In this document: positions 41,083 to 50,550 of the stretch, piece by piece
Layout of the letters: each line of letters begins with the position of its first letter
How positions within the stretch are numbered: position 1 is the first letter of the stretch
DNA from: a virus
Strand: one strand, 5' to 3'
Length of the DNA stretch: 64,000 nt
Virus record (IMG/VR): IMGVR_UViG_3300002916_000001
Coordinates: 1 to 64,000 of that record
Program-made: the position numbers and the translations under genes
Notes under the pieces: generated by a model
The model's input: the letters and a program-made list of their open reading frames with translations, nothing else
What the model was told of the DNA's origin: nothing
Databases searched by the model: none

Positions 41083-41442
41083 ATGTCAATCATGATCCAG
41101 TCACCCGCCCGTAGTCTCACCGACCTCCATGCCTTCTCACAGACTTGCCCCGATGCCACTGAAGTCAAGGCTTTCATGGCAGCGCTGGGCTTCGACCTGG
41201 AGTTCGAACTTCCTGCCTACAAGGGCAGCGAGCATGTTCGTCCATTGCCACCGCAGTATCACTTCAAGGATGGCAGTGGCACAGTAGTGATCTTCCTGGC
41301 AGGCTACGATTGCACCGAAGATCGATGGGTAGCACAACACAAGTCTCGTTGGTGGCTCTATCCTGGCTCTAGCCAGTTTGCCTACAACGTGGCAATGAAT
41401 GCATTGAGTAGTCGATGGGGCTTGCCCTGGAAGTCAGTGTAG
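41083..41442 (+). CDS. Hypothetical phage protein
   Basis: 119-aa ORF in operon. Confidence 0.65.
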   Translation: MSIMIQSPARSLTDLHAFSQTCPDATEVKAFMAALGFDLEFELPAYKGSEHVRPLPPQYHFKDGSGTVVIFLAGYDCTEDRWVAQHKSRWWLYPGSSQFAYNVAMNALSSRWGLPWKSV

Positions 41443-41566
41443 TCTCTTTGTCAGTCTCGGCATTTCTCGGATCATCGGGGAATGTCGGTGCAGGCCAAGG
41501 GGCCGATGGGTATCGCAGCGATACCCTGGAGTGTTTCAATTTATCTCGAAAAGGAGAATTTCTATC

Positions 41567-42059
41567 ATGTCAAGCATCAACATTCAATTCGAGTCTGATC
41601 AATCCATCCTTCGCACGGCATTCGGCGATCCTGCCACGAATGCCCAGATTGTCAAGGATGCCGATGCGCGTCTCGCTGAGATCAAGGCAAGCGGTGGTCT
41701 GCAGGGTGGATCATTGCTGAAGATCAATGGCCCGTTGTCCTTACCTACAGCTTTCACGGTGGGGCATGCCGTGTTTCATGCCTACGGTGCTATAGCGGTG
41801 TGGGACCCAAAATTGCAATCTTATTGATAAACGACAATTATTCTTGCCGCTGATGTCTAATAACTACAGGACCATCATAGGCTTGACCCGACTGGTTAGG
41901 AAGCCCCGCTAGAAGTGTCCGCAGGGAACGAAGGCGACACAGGGGGGGGTAACTGCTTTTTAATTGACATTGAGCAGTAATAATAATTGTCGTTCATCAT
42001 CTGATATTGTCTCGGTTTCACATTCGCCTGATTACAAGATAGGTCAATTGATCGACTAG
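41567..42059 (+). pseudogene. csx3: Csx3/Crn3 cyclic-oligoadenylate ring nuclease gene interrupted by a MITE
   Basis: LLKINGPLSLP.AF.VGH..FH.YGAIAVWDPKL + IVSVSHSPDYKIGQLID; 103 aa after reconstruction. Confidence 0.85.
41825..41999. mobile_element. 175-bp MITE with TG...CA ends
   Basis: 18-bp TIR TGAT(A/G)AACGACAATTATT, 6-bp TSD TCTTAT/TCTGAT. Confidence 0.85.
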
Positions 42060-42117
42060 TCCATGCAGTCCATGCCTTCCCCGACTTGCAGGGAAGGCAT
42101 GGAGAGAGGATTCTCAA

Positions 42118-42513
42118 ATGGGTCTCGATAACTACTTTAAGCGCACAGTGCCCAGCCCCGATCAAATCAGCTTTCCTGAAGATCTTCATCTTTGCGGAGG
42201 CATATTCTCAGGGCATGGCAGTGATGGTAGCTTCCGTGGCAAGGTCTATGTGCAATTCTTTGAGCAGAATCTAGATACCAATCTCTATTCTGGGTCCAAC
42301 CGTGATGAGGTTGCGCAAATTGCAGAAAAGCTGTCTGCCCTGGTGCAAGCGCATCCCGATCAGGCATGGAACGGGAACGCGCAATGTTGGCAGCAGGATG
42401 CTCCATCTGAGGACTTGGGCTACTACGGTGTGACTGCCCGTGAAGTGCGCGATCTTGCATCTCTTTTTCAGTCTGCTGCAGAGCAGGAGCTTCAGTTAGT
42501 TGCATATTATTAG
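42118..42513 (+). CDS. Hypothetical phage protein (MGLD-start family)
   Basis: 131 aa, RBS, MGLD...SFRGKVY. Confidence 0.7.
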   Translation: MGLDNYFKRTVPSPDQISFPEDLHLCGGIFSGHGSDGSFRGKVYVQFFEQNLDTNLYSGSNRDEVAQIAEKLSALVQAHPDQAWNGNAQCWQQDAPSEDLGYYGVTAREVRDLASLFQSAAEQELQLVAYY

Positions 42514-42533
42514 ATAGAAAAAGGAGCAATCAT

Positions 42534-43187
42534 TTGACAACACTAGTAGAACGCGCATTCACCCTTGCCCTTGAGCTTCACGGCAAGCAAAGTCGCAAGG
42601 CATCCATTGTGCCCGATGCAGCATACATGAGTCACCTCATGGAAGTCGCAGGGATGGGCTGGGGATGCTTTGCCGTTGATGACCCTGCGGCGGAGACCGT
42701 CGTTGCGTCTGCACTGCTACACGATGCAATCGAGGACCAATCAGAGAAGTTTCCATGGGGTCGCATTGTCGTTGAATGTAGTCCCGAAGTTCTGAATCTA
42801 GTTGAGTCCCTGACAGAGGAGGGCACTGGTGACCCCGGAAAAGAGAAGGCACCCTGGCAGGGGCGCAAGATGGACTATCTCGATCACATCAGTGAAATGT
42901 CCACGCATGCACTGCTCATCAGTGTGTGCGACAAATTGCAGAGTGCAAGGGAGCTGAAGCGGCAAGTACGACGCTTAGGGGTTGGGGCTTATTATGGCTT
43001 TGTCAAGGAGGTCCCTGAGTCGGAGCGCAAAGGCTTGGTACTCTGGTTCCATTTTGAGCTTGTCAATTCCTATCGCACACGTATCAAGCAGATCAACGAA
43101 AGTCTTCAAGGACCCATCAATGAAGCGATCAATGCTCTCATTGAAGACTTCGCAGAAGTCGTTGAATGGCTCGATGCTCATCCCTGA
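42534..43187 (+). CDS. HD_4 hydrolase, Mesh1/SpoT-like small alarmone hydrolase
   Basis: H.KQ.RK...Y.SH..EV, LLHDAIED, CDKL. Confidence 0.85.
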   Translation: MTTLVERAFTLALELHGKQSRKASIVPDAAYMSHLMEVAGMGWGCFAVDDPAAETVVASALLHDAIEDQSEKFPWGRIVVECSPEVLNLVESLTEEGTGDPGKEKAPWQGRKMDYLDHISEMSTHALLISVCDKLQSARELKRQVRRLGVGAYYGFVKEVPESERKGLVLWFHFELVNSYRTRIKQINESLQGPINEAINALIEDFAEVVEWLDAHP

Positions 43188-43537
43188 AAATGTTTTGCCC
43201 CTGCACTGCCGGGCGAGGGAAGTGCAGGGGCATACCGAATGCGTTAAACTACCCTCAGTATAGCACCGATCACACTGCAAAGCAAGGTGCTGCACTGAAG
43301 ACAAAGCAAGCCAAAGGAGTGGCACAATGTTTGATATACTCCGATTGCCCTCCCAGGACTCCCACGTGCAAGAGTTCGAATCCCTGCAAGCCCAATCTGT
43401 CCAGGAAGGCAATGAACGCGACGCAGATCACTGGCAATCCATGGCTACCATGGAGCGCCGCATTGCTGGCAATGACTGCACTGAGCAGGACACTGAAGAC
43501 GATCTTCAGTGGTAAACCTTGACTATCCAAGAATCAC

Positions 43538-43578
43538 ACAGCCCTTCTCCCTGTCAATTAGGGAGAAGGGCTGTTTTT
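43538..43578. terminator. Bidirectional intrinsic terminator
   Basis: ACAGCCCTTCTCCCT...AGGGAGAAGGGCTGT-TTTT between convergent genes. Confidence 0.8.
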
Positions 43579-43594
43579 GTTGCCCAGAAATAGG

Positions 43595-43828
43595 CTAACT
43601 AACGACCACCGGTGCCGTCACACGGCACCTCGGTGCAATACTCACGGGCACCGACGCCTGCACGGTATTGCCTTGAAGCGCCTGCGAGACGACAATATTG
43701 GCAATGTCAACGCCGCCGATGTCAACGCCACCAACGACATCAGCCAGCTGCTCATCGTTTAGTTCTTCAAAAGTATGTTCTTCAGTCAATGTGTCCTCCT
43801 CATGATGATATGTATCAATGTGCTCCAT
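43595..43828 (-). CDS. Double-glycine leader peptide precursor (bacteriocin/RiPP-like)
   Basis: FEELNDEQLADVVGG then a 43-aa Val/Ile-rich core. Confidence 0.7.
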   Translation of the reverse strand: MEHIDTYHHEEDTLTEEHTFEELNDEQLADVVGGVDIGGVDIANIVVSQALQGNTVQASVPVSIAPRCRVTAPVVVS

Positions 43829-43937
43829 TGTAAATCAGGGATAGCAGGGCTGTCAAGGCACTAGAACGCAAATTCGTTGACAGGCAAGGAAGAGCTTGTG
43901 GTATTTTGGGATGGACATCAATAGGCAGGAGTGGTCA

Positions 43938-44552
43938 ATGCGCTACTATAATGCTACCAACGCGGCCCAAGAGATAGGCATCTCATATAAAACTATCCTG
44001 CGTAGAATTGAAGAGAATAAGATCATCGCCACCAAGGGAGAGGATAACCAATTTATCATACCTGAATCAGAGGTCGAGAAACACAAACGCAAACGTCTCC
44101 AATTTGTCCAGTCAGCACCAGTCAAGACCACTACTCCCGACCATGACCAGTCAGAACTTCTCGGCAGGGTAGCAGATCTTGAGAATAGAGTAGCAGAGTT
44201 GGAAGAGACGATGAGAATGCTGACCAGTCATCACCAGACAACGTCAGAACCCACTCAGCAGGGAAAGACAGAAGTAGACAAGTCCACACATTCAATCCCC
44301 CAGAATCGCATTGTAGAGACAAAGAGTCCCACCGATCTCCCCGCAGGTACTCTGCATTCCACCGATTTCGCTGCCTCCCTTGGCATATCCAAGACGGTCT
44401 TTGAAGGCATGCTCAAGAATGGCATACGTGGCGAACAACTTGAACGAACCAAGATCCCAACGGCCCCAGGACGATTCTCGAACTGGTTCACCCCGCCACA
44501 GCAACGATCAGCCATCGACCTTCTGCGACGGCATGGAAAACTCAAGGGATAA
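43938..44552 (+). CDS. HTH_17 DNA-binding protein with coiled coil and a second HTH
   Basis: YNATNAAQEIGISYKTILRRIEE. Confidence 0.75.
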   Translation: MRYYNATNAAQEIGISYKTILRRIEENKIIATKGEDNQFIIPESEVEKHKRKRLQFVQSAPVKTTTPDHDQSELLGRVADLENRVAELEETMRMLTSHHQTTSEPTQQGKTEVDKSTHSIPQNRIVETKSPTDLPAGTLHSTDFAASLGISKTVFEGMLKNGIRGEQLERTKIPTAPGRFSNWFTPPQQRSAIDLLRRHGKLKG

Positions 44553-44666
44553 CCTTGTGTAACGCATTGAACGCATGTTCTTGTTATCCCCATCCCTCTC
44601 AACTCGTTCTGCAATAGATGTACATATTTGCATCTATGTATCTTGTGTAACGAGAAAGGAATATTT

Positions 44667-45206
44667 GTGAAATATCTATTTATAGCCCTGCCCCTGCTGT
44701 GCATCCTTGCCAGCTGCGCCAGCCCTGACAACACTGAACGTCCTGCACCCACTGCTCCTGCAAAGCCTTCACCGACAGCAGTGACCTTCCACAAAGTCGG
44801 TGAGACCGTCAAGGCAGAGCCCTGGGAAGTCACCTTGAAGTCAGCGACCATCATTGACCCCGCCAAGTATTCGCAGAGTGCAGAGATGTTCCCTGATCTA
44901 AAGGATGGGGACCGCTTTCTAGTGCTGGATGAACATGTCAAGAACATCTCATCAGAGGTGCAGAATATCGCGGGCATGCAGTTCGTCTTGCAGGATAAGC
45001 AGGGGAATAGCAACTTTGTGAAACAGCTAGGAATCCCTGACGTTCCTGGACCGGCCCTTGGTGGCGATGTCTCTCCATCGATGGATCTGTCAGGGCAGGA
45101 GGCCTATGTTATCCCGTCCAATGTGCACTTACTCTATTGGATCTATAATCCGCTGAGTAACACCGATGGCAAGGCTATCCAGGAAATCTGGGAAATCAAT
45201 ATATAG
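44667..45206 (+). CDS. DUF4352-like lipoprotein (possible superinfection exclusion)
   Basis: Lipobox LASC, HKVGETV, VKNIS, FVLQDKQG. Confidence 0.75.
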   Translation: MKYLFIALPLLCILASCASPDNTERPAPTAPAKPSPTAVTFHKVGETVKAEPWEVTLKSATIIDPAKYSQSAEMFPDLKDGDRFLVLDEHVKNISSEVQNIAGMQFVLQDKQGNSNFVKQLGIPDVPGPALGGDVSPSMDLSGQEAYVIPSNVHLLYWIYNPLSNTDGKAIQEIWEINI

Positions 45207-45273
45207 ACATAGTGTCTAGACAGAGAAGCAGCGCACTGCAGTCATTGCAAGTCGCTGCTTCTCTTTGAATTGG

Positions 45274-45684
45274 CTATTGAACTACTTCGGAATCATCGAG
45301 GTCGCTGCCATCGAAGCCATCTTCATCGGCAAAAGCATAATCCACCCCGTGTTGCGGCGTTCCTCCCTCGAGCATCAAGGAAGCCTTGCAGCACAGAATC
45401 ACTGGACATCTGAGATAGCCATCATGAATTCTTGCTCCCCTCGCATGACATTGTTGACAGCACAGACTGCCAAGCCATGCACCGTCTTCAATGAGATCTT
45501 CGCAGTGAAGCATTGGACGCCTCTCTGCCACTTCCCTGACTTCAGTGCGTTCAAAGTGCTCTCGCACATAGTGCATGGCATTGCGGATGTTTTTTCTTGC
45601 CTCCCTTGCTGCTTCAATAGCAGGACCTTGCATTGCGATGTAGTCCTGGACTTCGTTCAATGATGGATGCTGTGCGTAGTTCAT
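45274..45684 (-). CDS. Hypothetical protein with Cys-rich domain
   Basis: AAGGAGG RBS; CCQQCH...LCC motif. Confidence 0.65.
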   Translation of the reverse strand: MNYAQHPSLNEVQDYIAMQGPAIEAAREARKNIRNAMHYVREHFERTEVREVAERRPMLHCEDLIEDGAWLGSLCCQQCHARGARIHDGYLRCPVILCCKASLMLEGGTPQHGVDYAFADEDGFDGSDLDDSEVVQ

Positions 45685-45955
45685 GGGTGCCTCCTTACCA
45701 TGCATACTGTGAACATCGAGGGGTGCCGCAGCTGTATCGGGGATTTCTAGCCAAGTGCCCACAGGTCCCGTAGATGACGGGTTGTGCGATGTTCAAGCGT
45801 ACATTGTGGGTAGGTTTCTGCTGGGTGAGGTTGTTAGTAGAGGGTTGCAATTTTGTAGCAGGTTGTGTCATGATTAATCTGCTTTCTTAACTTAGGGGCT
45901 TGAGGGCTCCGAACTAGCCCCTGACATGTTCGAGATGTCAGGGGCTTTTACTGGT

Positions 45956-46435
45956 CTATATGGGTAAACTACATGGAACGCAATAAAAGCAGAGTTTATC
46001 TGCACGCTGAATCTCGTCTAAGCCAAGAAGTATCTCACATCCACACTGTAGGCATTTACGCTTAACAACTTCCATGCCATCTAACAACATCCTATCTGTT
46101 TTCTCTTCACTCTTCCTTTGTTTACGCGGGATGCTAGGCATTAACAGGATATTTAGCAATTGGCATCCTCGATCAAGGTAGTGCTGTATCCAGTACTTCT
46201 CTCTCTCAAATGCTGCCTCTTTGCCATCGTAGATAACCTCTACGATGGCAAAGAGAGGTTTAAGCCCCAATTCGTTTAATTCTCGTATCCAGTCGTGCTT
46301 CTCTCGGTTGCTCCCGTAGCAACCTATATGCTGTTCAAACCTCTCATTGGGATTGTCTGTTGTCCCAATGTATCTAGTGGCAAGATCCGTATCAGGGTAA
46401 CGCGGGTCATCTCCCTTGTAGATGAAATGCAGCAT
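45956..46435 (-). CDS. GIY-YIG nuclease
   Basis: FIY...RYIGTT....RFEQH, EKYWI, LLN. Confidence 0.85.
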   Translation of the reverse strand: MLHFIYKGDDPRYPDTDLATRYIGTTDNPNERFEQHIGCYGSNREKHDWIRELNELGLKPLFAIVEVIYDGKEAAFEREKYWIQHYLDRGCQLLNILLMPSIPRKQRKSEEKTDRMLLDGMEVVKRKCLQCGCEILLGLDEIQRADKLCFYCVPCSLPI

Positions 46436-46557
46436 GCTGTCTCCTTAATCTGATTATTGTGTTCACAGTGTTGCCTGTGTTCGTTGTGTAAATTGTATCA
46501 TATAGATGAGAGGGAGTCAAGAGGGCAATAAAAAACCCGCCGTTGGGCGGGCTGGGA

Positions 46558-47445
46558 TTAGTGTGACTCTTTCCATTTCTGGAATGCTTTCTTGTATCGA
46601 TGTAACAGTACCAGGTCAGATGCATCGATATCCATGTGATACATAGGTCTATCTGACATCACTTCAGGCTTGCCGATGGCTGGTATCTTATAGGTTCCCG
46701 TGTGCTGAAACCCAGCGTTCTCAAGTATTTTTCTGCCTTCCAAGGTGCCACCACATGCATCGATGCTCTTGATGCCAATGCCTTTGTTTCCCCACCCCGC
46801 AAATTGAATTGCAAGTCTACGTAGCAGGATGCTTGCGTACCATTCCCGTTTTTCTGGGGGTGCATTGGTGATGGTTGCAAGATCGATAATAATGCATTCG
46901 AGCATGTGGTCGCTTGGCTCAAATTGCTCTATCATCTCATCTTTGAACATCCATCCGCGCTTGCCTTGTCGAAATTCAAGGATGGCCTCGTGTTTCAAAG
47001 GAACAAGATTGACAAGCGCAACAAGCGTACTGGAATTATAAAGATGAAAAGAGGTATAGGGATTTACCTCTAGGTATCTACGGCGCGAGGCATTCCGCTC
47101 TGGCGAGATAGAACCAGCACCAAAGTTCAAGTATGCCATGTGGTCTTCTGCTTCCAAGTCCTCCATGCGTGCAGGGCGAAATTCAAAAGTGCTACTCTCC
47201 GCAGCCATAATAAGAGCCTCAAATCTTTCTTTCATGGCGTCAATTTTATCTCTTCTATAGTAACCATAGGAGCCGAAAAAAGTGACACGTCCGAACTCAT
47301 CAGGATTGCGTCTCACATAGTTGTTGAATGCATCCCTTGTTAATCCTAGGTGCTCGTAGGCTTCCTGAGCTGTATAGTGCGCCTTCTTTATTCGATCCAC
47401 GGTTGACGTGTCGGTCTCTTTTAGCTGTTTCTTTGGTCTTGGCAT
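46558..47445 (-). CDS. HTH + GNAT-like fusion regulator
   Basis: YTAQEAYEHLGLTRDAFNNYVR; C-terminal GRKILENAGF. Confidence 0.7.
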   Translation of the reverse strand: MPRPKKQLKETDTSTVDRIKKAHYTAQEAYEHLGLTRDAFNNYVRRNPDEFGRVTFFGSYGYYRRDKIDAMKERFEALIMAAESSTFEFRPARMEDLEAEDHMAYLNFGAGSISPERNASRRRYLEVNPYTSFHLYNSSTLVALVNLVPLKHEAILEFRQGKRGWMFKDEMIEQFEPSDHMLECIIIDLATITNAPPEKREWYASILLRRLAIQFAGWGNKGIGIKSIDACGGTLEGRKILENAGFQHTGTYKIPAIGKPEVMSDRPMYHMDIDASDLVLLHRYKKAFQKWKESH

Positions 47446-47614
47446 GTTAATGAATCCTCTCTTCTTCCAATAATTATTTATTATAACATAGCCAACGCAA
47501 AAAACAATTTCAACACAATAGACACAAGAGTAAGAGCGTTGACATAACTGTGTCCGTTGTGTATACTATGTTTGTATCGTAAATAGTGTTCGTTGTAGAT
47601 AGAAAGGAGGGAGC

Positions 47615-47806
47615 ATGCTGAGAGTAGGGCAGGAGACATACCACAACGCCAAGAGTGCATCTGCATATCTGGGAATTACGCGAGGCATGTTTTACCGAAA
47701 CGTCAAGCCCTTGCTGAAAAAACACCAAACAAAAGTGAGTAAAAGATTGCTATACAGGCAATCAGAGTTAGAGAAGTTTAGAGGTGTTGAGACAGTCGCC
47801 TACTAG
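47615..47806 (+). CDS. Small excisionase-like HTH protein
   Basis: SASAYLGITRGMFY; promoter TTGACA-17-TATACT at 47539-47567. Confidence 0.75.
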   Translation: MLRVGQETYHNAKSASAYLGITRGMFYRNVKPLLKKHQTKVSKRLLYRQSELEKFRGVETVAY

Positions 47807-48253
47807 CTAACGCGAACCAGTAACTAGCAGGCTAACCCACAGGCTAACCCACAGAGTAAGTGCAGGTTGGGATGAATCTTACCATACCTGACCTAGATAC
47901 AAAGGAGATTTTATGGCAGATCAAACAAGGGAGAATTTAAAATGGAATTAGTGCCATACGAACCAATGACGAACAATGCACCTCAGCGATTGTCGCAGGG
48001 TGTTTCTTGCGGAGTGTATATCACTGCCGACCTTGAGGACATCGACTGGATGATCGCGCGATTTGAACGATGGTTTGCAGAGCGCAATGAGGTTGTGCAG
48101 GTCGATGAAGGATCGACGGACAAGCTCGGACATGGTTTCGTAATCCTGGAATGGGAAGGGTGCATGATTGATCCACTCTTCATTGCCATCCTGCGAGATG
48201 AGGAAAAAGTTATCGACTATACCATGTATCAGAGAACAGAGGAGGGCTAAATC

Positions 48254-48841
48254 ATGGCTGGTAGAAGATATGGCGGAGGCGGTGCAACTATTGTTGACAG
48301 CACTGCCAGTGTTACGCCGCGCTACATGATACCGCCTCTCCTGGTCGCTATTGTTGGCATACTTACGGTCTTGTTTGGAGTTGTCATTGCCATCACCATC
48401 CAGGTCCAGACAACTGAGGCGAATCTAGCGGGCCTCAGTTCTATCGATGCATTCAAACCAAACTTGTATGTCTTATGGCAACCAGTCGATCTGCTGACAA
48501 GTGCTAACCTGACATTCGCTGAGCGCATGGCCTACACCATTGCCTGGATTATCCAGATTGCCTCTTTCATATTCATCGTTGGGTATAGCGATGCATTAGA
48601 GGTTGCAGGCTCAAGTGGATGGGTTATGCAAAGGTTCTGGTTTCTCTTGAGCTGGGCATTGTTCGCCTTTAACTTCTTGTCGGACTACAAGTATGGAAGC
48701 GTGCCTGGTGCTCAATACGGTTGGCTTGGGCATCTTGAATTTGCAGTTGGTATCACTGCTGCCGCGATGTTCTTCCCGCTTATCGGACTTCACTTGATAC
48801 GAAAAGCCAGCTTCATGGCGAAAATGCAGCGAGGAGGATAA
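48254..48841 (+). CDS. Four-TM membrane protein
   Basis: Four hydrophobic helices, GGAGG RBS. Confidence 0.8.
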   Translation: MAGRRYGGGGATIVDSTASVTPRYMIPPLLVAIVGILTVLFGVVIAITIQVQTTEANLAGLSSIDAFKPNLYVLWQPVDLLTSANLTFAERMAYTIAWIIQIASFIFIVGYSDALEVAGSSGWVMQRFWFLLSWALFAFNFLSDYKYGSVPGAQYGWLGHLEFAVGITAAAMFFPLIGLHLIRKASFMAKMQRGG

Positions 48842-48851
48842 AGAGATTATT

Positions 48852-50471
48852 ATGGGCAAGGATTTAGTGAAGAGGGAGAGTAGCGCAATTGAGAAGGTAG
48901 GGGAGAAGCATCGCGTCTTCCCCCGGACTCGATCAGGATGGATTGCCACAGGTGCGACGGGAGCAGTGAGCTTCATTGTTTGCGCTGCCAGCCACTTTGA
49001 TGGCGGCGCAGTCCTGGGGGGACTCTTTGTCTCCCTGGGCGTCAGCACATTTTCCGATGATGCCATCCACGCCCTGCTCTATGGTCGGCGGCTCCCTGAG
49101 CAACTGGCAATGAGCAGCAATTCGGCAGGCGAGTGGTTCAAAGATGCGAGTGCTGACTTTGCAGAGCGATGGCTTGGATTTGAGCGCGATCCCGATGCCA
49201 AGGGTGAGAGCTTCAAGTCCAAGGCAGCCCGATGGCTTGGCATGCCAGTGTATGAGGATGATGATCCCGACGGGCAGCCAAAGAACGAGCCGATGAAGGA
49301 TGCACCAGACTCTGGTCCTGCTACAGAGCAGAAAAGGCAACCAGTGCTCAGCGGCTATGAGCTAGTCGTCAATGGGCGCGTCGGCAACGATGATATCCTG
49401 CTGGGTCATGACAGCAAGGGGGAAGAGATACGGCGTACCTGGAAGCAATTGAAAGCTATTCTTATCCTGGGGCTCCAGGGCGGCGGTAAAACGACAAGCG
49501 CCTGCTGGTTGATGATTCAGGCACTCATGCAAGGTGCAAGGCTAGCAGTCATCGACAAGCATGCCAAGTCCGAAGAGGACTCTCTCATGCAGAAGATTGA
49601 TTCTTTTTCGCCTTTCTTCGACTGCTCACCAGGCGTTGACCCAGCCTCAGCGCTACCAGCCGTCAAGCATGTCTCTCAGGTATTCAAGGCACGTTTGAAG
49701 GGTGCACCGTGCGCATATCCCTTGCTTCTAGTGATCGATGAATTTACAGCGATCATGGGCAAGCTGAGCAAAGAAAAAGATGAGTGGCATGAGGTTGCCA
49801 AGGAACTGGCAGACCTTATTGAGGACTTGAACCAGGAGGGGCGCAAGCACAAAGTCTATGCAATCTGCATAGGGCAGGCTACCAACGCAACGAAGACCGG
49901 AGGAACTGAGATTAGGGACCTCTTCAACACGCGCCTAGTGCATGGTATGCGTGTCAAACAAGCACAGATGCTTTCGCTCAATGAATATTCCAAGGATATC
50001 AGGGCATTAGACCAAGGACAAGTCATTGTAGACATGGAAGGGAGAGATGAGCCGTTCTTTGTGCAGGTGCCATACGTGTCTGATGAGGACATACGAGCTA
50101 TCGCGGAGTGGCTAGAGCATGAGCAGTCCATACCAGCACCTAAGACTCAGCGACTGCCGGAACTAGGCGATTTGCCTATGAAGCAAACGGCTCAGAGCAA
50201 AATGACACTCAATCTTGATACGGTCCTTGCATTGGCTGGGAAGGTCAGTGATGAAACACTGCTAGCTCTCATTGATAAGTTGCCTGATGTAGGGAGTGAT
50301 GAGACAGAAGAGGATGATGAGCAAGAGGGTCCCACTCTTCTAGAGCGTGGGATACAGGCATACACGGAAGGCCATACGACACTTGATAGTTTGGCGGTGG
50401 CTTTATCCATCACATCATGGGATGCAAGAAAGCTGATGCCTCAGATAAAATTGGCACTCAAAACCAAATGA
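48852..50471 (+). CDS. Membrane-anchored FtsK/HerA-superfamily ATPase (TraB-like)
   Basis: N-terminal TMs, GLQGGGKT, LVIDEF, EGRK....CIGQ, C-terminal HTH-like end. Confidence 0.8.
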   Translation: MGKDLVKRESSAIEKVGEKHRVFPRTRSGWIATGATGAVSFIVCAASHFDGGAVLGGLFVSLGVSTFSDDAIHALLYGRRLPEQLAMSSNSAGEWFKDASADFAERWLGFERDPDAKGESFKSKAARWLGMPVYEDDDPDGQPKNEPMKDAPDSGPATEQKRQPVLSGYELVVNGRVGNDDILLGHDSKGEEIRRTWKQLKAILILGLQGGGKTTSACWLMIQALMQGARLAVIDKHAKSEEDSLMQKIDSFSPFFDCSPGVDPASALPAVKHVSQVFKARLKGAPCAYPLLLVIDEFTAIMGKLSKEKDEWHEVAKELADLIEDLNQEGRKHKVYAICIGQATNATKTGGTEIRDLFNTRLVHGMRVKQAQMLSLNEYSKDIRALDQGQVIVDMEGRDEPFFVQVPYVSDEDIRAIAEWLEHEQSIPAPKTQRLPELGDLPMKQTAQSKMTLNLDTVLALAGKVSDETLLALIDKLPDVGSDETEEDDEQEGPTLLERGIQAYTEGHTTLDSLAVALSITSWDARKLMPQIKLALKTK

Positions 50472-50550
50472 GGGTGACACATTAAGCTCAATCCGAAGTG
50501 AGTCACCCTCACACACGCACACACACACAAAAAAATGAAGGAGGTGAACC

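Noticed and set aside
41825-41999. Spliceable intron in csx3
   Set aside because: No group I or II core; TIRs plus a TSD fit a DNA transposon derivative better
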